A stretch of DNA of 10,921 nt from Octopus sinensis (lineage: Eukaryota): NCBI RefSeq assembly GCF_006345805.1, contig NW_021827250.1:1-10921 (forward strand), read 5' to 3'. The position numbers and the translations under genes were made by a program. The notes beneath the pieces are model-generated. The model ran no database searches. It was not told the origin of the DNA and saw only the letters and a list, made by a program, of their open reading frames with translations. This document shows positions 7,498 to 10,921 of the stretch, piece after piece (the stretch's first letter is position 1; each line of letters opens with the position of its first letter).

Positions 7498-7560
7498 TAA
7501 CATATATTATTAATATGTCATATTATATATATATATATATATATAATATATATATTATAT
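7431..7560. repeat. Imperfect (TA)n tract
   Basis: Directly visible. It supplies the spurious N-terminus of ORF 6922..7503. Confidence 0.95.
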
Positions 7561-7667
7561 AAGCAAGGAAAAATTGTAAAAAGGCAGAATGCTAAATTGA
7601 AAGAAAATTTTATTGAAAATGGGTGCATGGAAAAGTTTTTGAAAAATTGATAAAATATATATATATT

Positions 7668-7709
7668 AATTCAAACCGGTTTTCGTCATAATGTGACTTT
7701 TCAAGAATT
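7668..7709 (-). ncRNA. Minimal type I hammerhead ribozyme, U3-A8 variant, in the PLE 3' end
   Basis: Minus strand AATTC | TTGAAAA | GTCA catta TGAC | GAA | AACCGGTT | T | GAATT: 5-bp stem I, 4-bp stem II, palindromic stem III. Predicted cleavage between 7673 and 7672. Confidence 0.75.
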
Positions 7710-8241
7710 GTAAAGAAAAAAAAAATTTTTAATGTGGGGAGGGGGAAAAAGAAAATTACATTGTTTTTTGCAAAAAAAAAAAATAATAAATATATACAAA
7801 AATTTAAAAATAGGTACTCCGATACATTGTAAAGTCTTTGTGTATCTTGAGTTTAATGATTGTTCACGAAAAAATTACCTTGAAATATTGAGATCCAATG
7901 GGATTAAATCCATGTGTTGTTTAATTTAAATAAGGGTGTCTCTTAAGTGAATGGCAAAACAGGAAGTAGTAGTAGTCCAGTTCCTGTGTTGTGAATAAGG
8001 GGAGACAACTCTATGGGTTTTAAGCTCTTCAATTTGTGTTTATCAATTTTTTTGTAATAAAGGGTGTTAATAAACCTTAAATTATAAAATTATCATTTTA
8101 GCTTCATTTGCATTTTCCTTTTTATATAATTGTTTGCTAACTTAACATTCAGATTTTAACACTTTATTTATATTGTTTTCTAATTATATAAATTTGCATA
8201 AACCAATTTATAATTACATTTCAGATTGTTATGTCATATAT

Positions 8242-8288
8242 AATAAAAATAATAATAATAATAATAATAACAACAATAATAATAATGA
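8242..8288. repeat. (AAT)n microsatellite within the PLE 3' UTR
   Basis: Directly visible. Confidence 0.9.
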
Positions 8289-8392
8289 TATTTAAAGAAT
8301 ATAAGTTTTAGCTTGAAGTGATGACTGCATGGTATCCTTATATATTTGTGTTAGTCCATCCATGAAGAATGAGGTAGAAAAAAGAAGTAATA

Positions 8393-9242
8393 TCAACGAG
8401 GAGTTTGCATATTAAGATGCGTTTAGAATTTTTCTATAAAGATATTCTCCTTGTTAATTCTCTCCTGTGTGGTGATTCCGTCTTTACATTGGTAGAAGGG
8501 GAATATGTAGAATTTGGGATTTTTGTCTTTAGCGCATGAGTCTATGTGGTCACTCAGTGGGATTTGCCGGTATTCCGGGTGATTTATTTGTTCTTTATGC
8601 ACCACTACTCTTTTACGTAACGGGAGGCTCGTTTGTCTAACATAATTATGTTGGCAACCAGCGCATGTGAGAACGTAGATAATGTTCTCGGAGGAACAGG
8701 GGAAGTTGGTCTTGATTTTAAACTTCGTTCCTTGTTTGAAGATAAATTCAGAGCCTTCAAGTAGGAAGGGGCAGGTGCCACAGTTTGGGCGTGCACATTT
8801 TTTAACTGCTGGGGGTGGATGTGGTGTGTGAAGTTTTGCATTTGTCAAGAGTTTTTTAAAGATTTGTGTTGCCTTTTACATTGAGGATTTTGTGTGTATT
8901 CATAATGTTTTTCATTTTGGGTCTGTTGACAGTAGACTGAGGTTTGTATGATTGTGGTGTATGCTTCGATATTTTTGGGGTTGTGGGTGAAATGTATGGA
9001 AGTATTTTGGGGTTGTGTGTGGTGTTGGGTTGGGTAGTTTTCAGTGTAATGTTGTCTAGTTCTTTATCGCGTTTTATTCCATACTCTATAAGGGTGGAGG
9101 GATATTGGCGTAGTAATAGTGTTTTTTTTTTGAGGTCTTGAAGGCGTATTTCTCGAGTTTTTGGATCCGAGACAATGGTGCATACCCTTTTAGCTAAGTT
9201 GAAAGGGATAATTGTCTTGGTGTGTTTTGGGTGGCATGAACT
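8393..9242 (-). pseudogene. Disrupted PLE reverse transcriptase / GIY-YIG endonuclease ORF (C-terminal part)
   Basis: Several frameshifts between 8849 and 9130. YVRQT replaces YIGQT. TAA at 8423-8425 looks premature because the frame continues THLNMQTPR* to TGA at 8393-8395, and the xLN ending is typical of PLE endonucleases. Confidence 0.85.
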
Positions 9243-9438
9243 AATTCAATTTCAGAGGACCAAATGGGACCAATACGGTAATAACGGAATTTTTTAGAAA
9301 TTTCTGTCGGCTTGTTTCGAGACGCATGTTGATAGTGATAAATTATAATGGTTATTGACAATTTGTCTATTTTCAGCATATTTGGCATTAGAACTTTTTT
9401 CTTTTGCCTTTCTTTTATAAGTTATATATATATATATA

Positions 9439-10000
9439 TTGGGTTGTCAGGAAAGTTCGTGCCGATTTTTAAAGGAAAGAAAAATGTCAATAAATACTTG
9501 CCATTACCCAAGCTTTACCAGACGCTCATGAACGACGGACGGATTTTGATAGGTTGAGGCTTTCTGCCAATTCTCGGGTTGTGCAATGTGGGTTATTCTC
9601 AATTTTGACTTGATTTCGTCATCTGTTGTGGATGGTCTGTCTGATCGCTCTTTATCAATAAGGCTACAATCTCCAGCTCGGAACTTTGCGAACCACTTCC
9701 GTTCAGTTTTTTCGGATAAAGAAACATCACCGTAAACTTTGCATATTTCTTTGTTTGCTTGTGAGGCATTTTTCCCTTTACGGAAAAAGAAGTGCCAAAA
9801 TCAAGTGCCGAAAATGAACTTAAAGGGTTACAGAATTAACACAGGTTATAGGGACATAAACCTTCTTCCACGGAAAGATAGCTTAAACTGTGCTCTAAAT
9901 GGAGGTGTAGTCAAATCCTATTTTATAGACTCAAACATGTTCTAAAATAAGCCGAAAGGTAAGCTACTATAAATCAGCACGAACTTTCCGGACAACCCAA
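9439..10000 (-). mobile_element. Internally deleted mariner (Tc1/mariner) DNA transposon, 562 bp
   Basis: 30-bp TIRs TTGGGTTGTC(A/C)GGAAAGTTCGTGC(C/T)GATTT at 9439-9468 and 9971-10000 (2 mismatches), with TA on both sides. Minus-strand remnants: FFRKGKNASQANKEICKVYGDVSLSEKTERKWFAKFRAGDCSLIDKERSDRP, ENNPHCTTRELAESLNLSKS, VHERLVKLG (both HTH motifs), then a jump to the terminal NGKY. Confidence 0.93.
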
Positions 10001-10403
10001 TATATACTGAAGTTTTATCTCGTGACTCAATTTTCTCGAGCCTGAGATCTTCACGCGAGAACCTTTCCAACTCGGTTTGGGTAGTATATTTCTGTGTTGT
10101 AGCTGTTATCACCTGATTGTGTTTGTTCATTGTTCTTTGTTTACTGGTTGGTTGTTACTTCTTGACCATTTCATTGACTATTTTGGGGCGAGGGAAGCGT
10201 GCTTTTATCTAGTTATAGATTTTCTTTCTTTTTGTTTTGGGATTTTAGAAATCGTATACTTGTGAGTTAGTTTAACTGTAAAACTAATTAAGGATATATA
10301 ACATATCTCTTCATTCTCAATATGTTTTGATAGATTCGGAGAACGATGTGTGTCTATAATACACGGGATACGCTGGTGTAAGGGGACGTTAAGATCTTAT
10401 TGT

Positions 10404-10546
10404 ATGTCCCCTCAGTCAAAATTACCTCACCGACCGATCAATCTAGCAAGACTACTGGCACTTTTTGATAGAAATCAGTAACAAATTATTTACCAAAGCA
10501 CGCTGATGTATCTATTGTTACTGGGTAGTCTTGACTGAGGAGGCAT
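10404..10546. repeat. Imperfect, interrupted inverted repeat
   Basis: ATGTCCCCTCAGTCAAAATTACC (10404-10426) pairs with GGTAGTCTTGACTGAGGAGGCAT (10524-10546), 4 mismatches in 23. Inner CAGTAACAA (10476-10484) pairs with TTGTTACTG (10515-10523). Confidence 0.7.
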
Positions 10547-10709
10547 CCGGTGTTTCACCGTCCATTTAAACCGGCGAATCAGATGTGTTATGAATGAAGA
10601 AAACCAACGAAGTTCGATCCTTTATTATTCACTTCGAATCTGCTAAAACGTATTAAGAATGAATAGGTTATTGTTTGGATCAATAATTCACGCATCTCAT
10701 GAATCATTA

Positions 10710-10890
10710 ATTGAAGATGTTTTGTCATTAAAGATCTTTCATGGCTGAGTGATTTTTGTGAGGTTCTTGATGCCCGAAATTTAGCGATGCTACCTGGAAC
10801 ACTCCACAACGGATGACTTACATCCTGTCAGTACATGCTCCATCTATGCTTAACTTCGGTACCAATGACATTCGACAATACCACTCCAAC
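10710..10890 (+). mobile_element. Possible decayed SGNH-esterase-type ORF1 of a CR1/L2-group LINE
   Basis: MLNFGTNDIRQ from 10846 resembles SGNH block III (V.HVGTND). It is preceded by a frameshifted RCY/PGT near 10783-10800 and CFVIKD near 10718, resembling the C.PG and VIGDS blocks. Weak. Confidence 0.3.
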
Positions 10891-10921
10891 CTCACCATGT
10901 AATATTGATTGGCCTTTGAAA

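Larger units (their letters stand above)
7560..9243 (-). mobile_element. 5'-truncated Penelope-like retroelement (Neptune-type): RT thumb, Cys linker, GIY-YIG, long 3' UTR with hammerhead
   Basis: From about 9240: SCHPKHTKTIIPFNLAKRVCTIVSD...RLQDLK, then with frameshifts RQYPSTLI, LPYIS/THNP, KRQHKSL. Next CARPNCGTC and CSSENIIYVLTCAGCQHNYVRQTSLPLRKRVVVH (GIY-YIG). Hammerhead at 7668-7709. Ends in (TA)n. Confidence 0.9.

Noticed and set aside
6922-7503. 193-aa ORF as a host gene
   Set aside because: The N-terminus is (TA)n and the remainder is LINE ORF2.
8423-8848. Selenocysteine recoding or a domesticated stand-alone GIY-YIG nuclease
   Set aside because: No in-frame TGA at Cys positions. 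The ORF begins at a TTG after a frameshift, has a YIG to YVR change and a premature stop, so it is a decaying PLE.
1-10921. CRISPR array, operon or other prokaryotic defence system
   Set aside because: No regularly spaced repeat-spacer structure and no dense coding. The RT and nuclease motifs belong to eukaryotic retrotransposons.

Overview
Eukaryotic, AT-rich, microsatellite-dense non-coding DNA, most likely an intron or intergenic region of a cephalopod (Octopus-like) genome. The organism call is inferred from the tRNA-derived SINEs and repeat style. No intact protein-coding gene is visible, and nearly all ORFs in the track are microsatellite or antisense-transposon artefacts. The window is a mosaic of mobile elements: a tandem non-autonomous Helitron (1-581), several tRNA-derived SINEs, an internally deleted CR1-group LINE (6860-7430), an internally deleted mariner (9439-10000) and two different Penelope-like elements (PLEs), a Neptune-type copy at about 7560-9243 and a very decayed Naiad-type endonuclease remnant at 2370-2573. 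The most interesting signal is three PLE-type minimal hammerhead ribozyme motifs. One is structurally complete with a U3-A8 covariant core in the PLE 3' end (7668-7709). Two are damaged copies inside short, ORF-less, TA-flanked retrozyme-like units (606-782 and 6136-6322). Also present are a 56-bp-arm hairpin with nested palindromes (891-1012) and three unique-sequence islands on the minus strand that may be alternative terminal exons of an unseen host gene (speculative).
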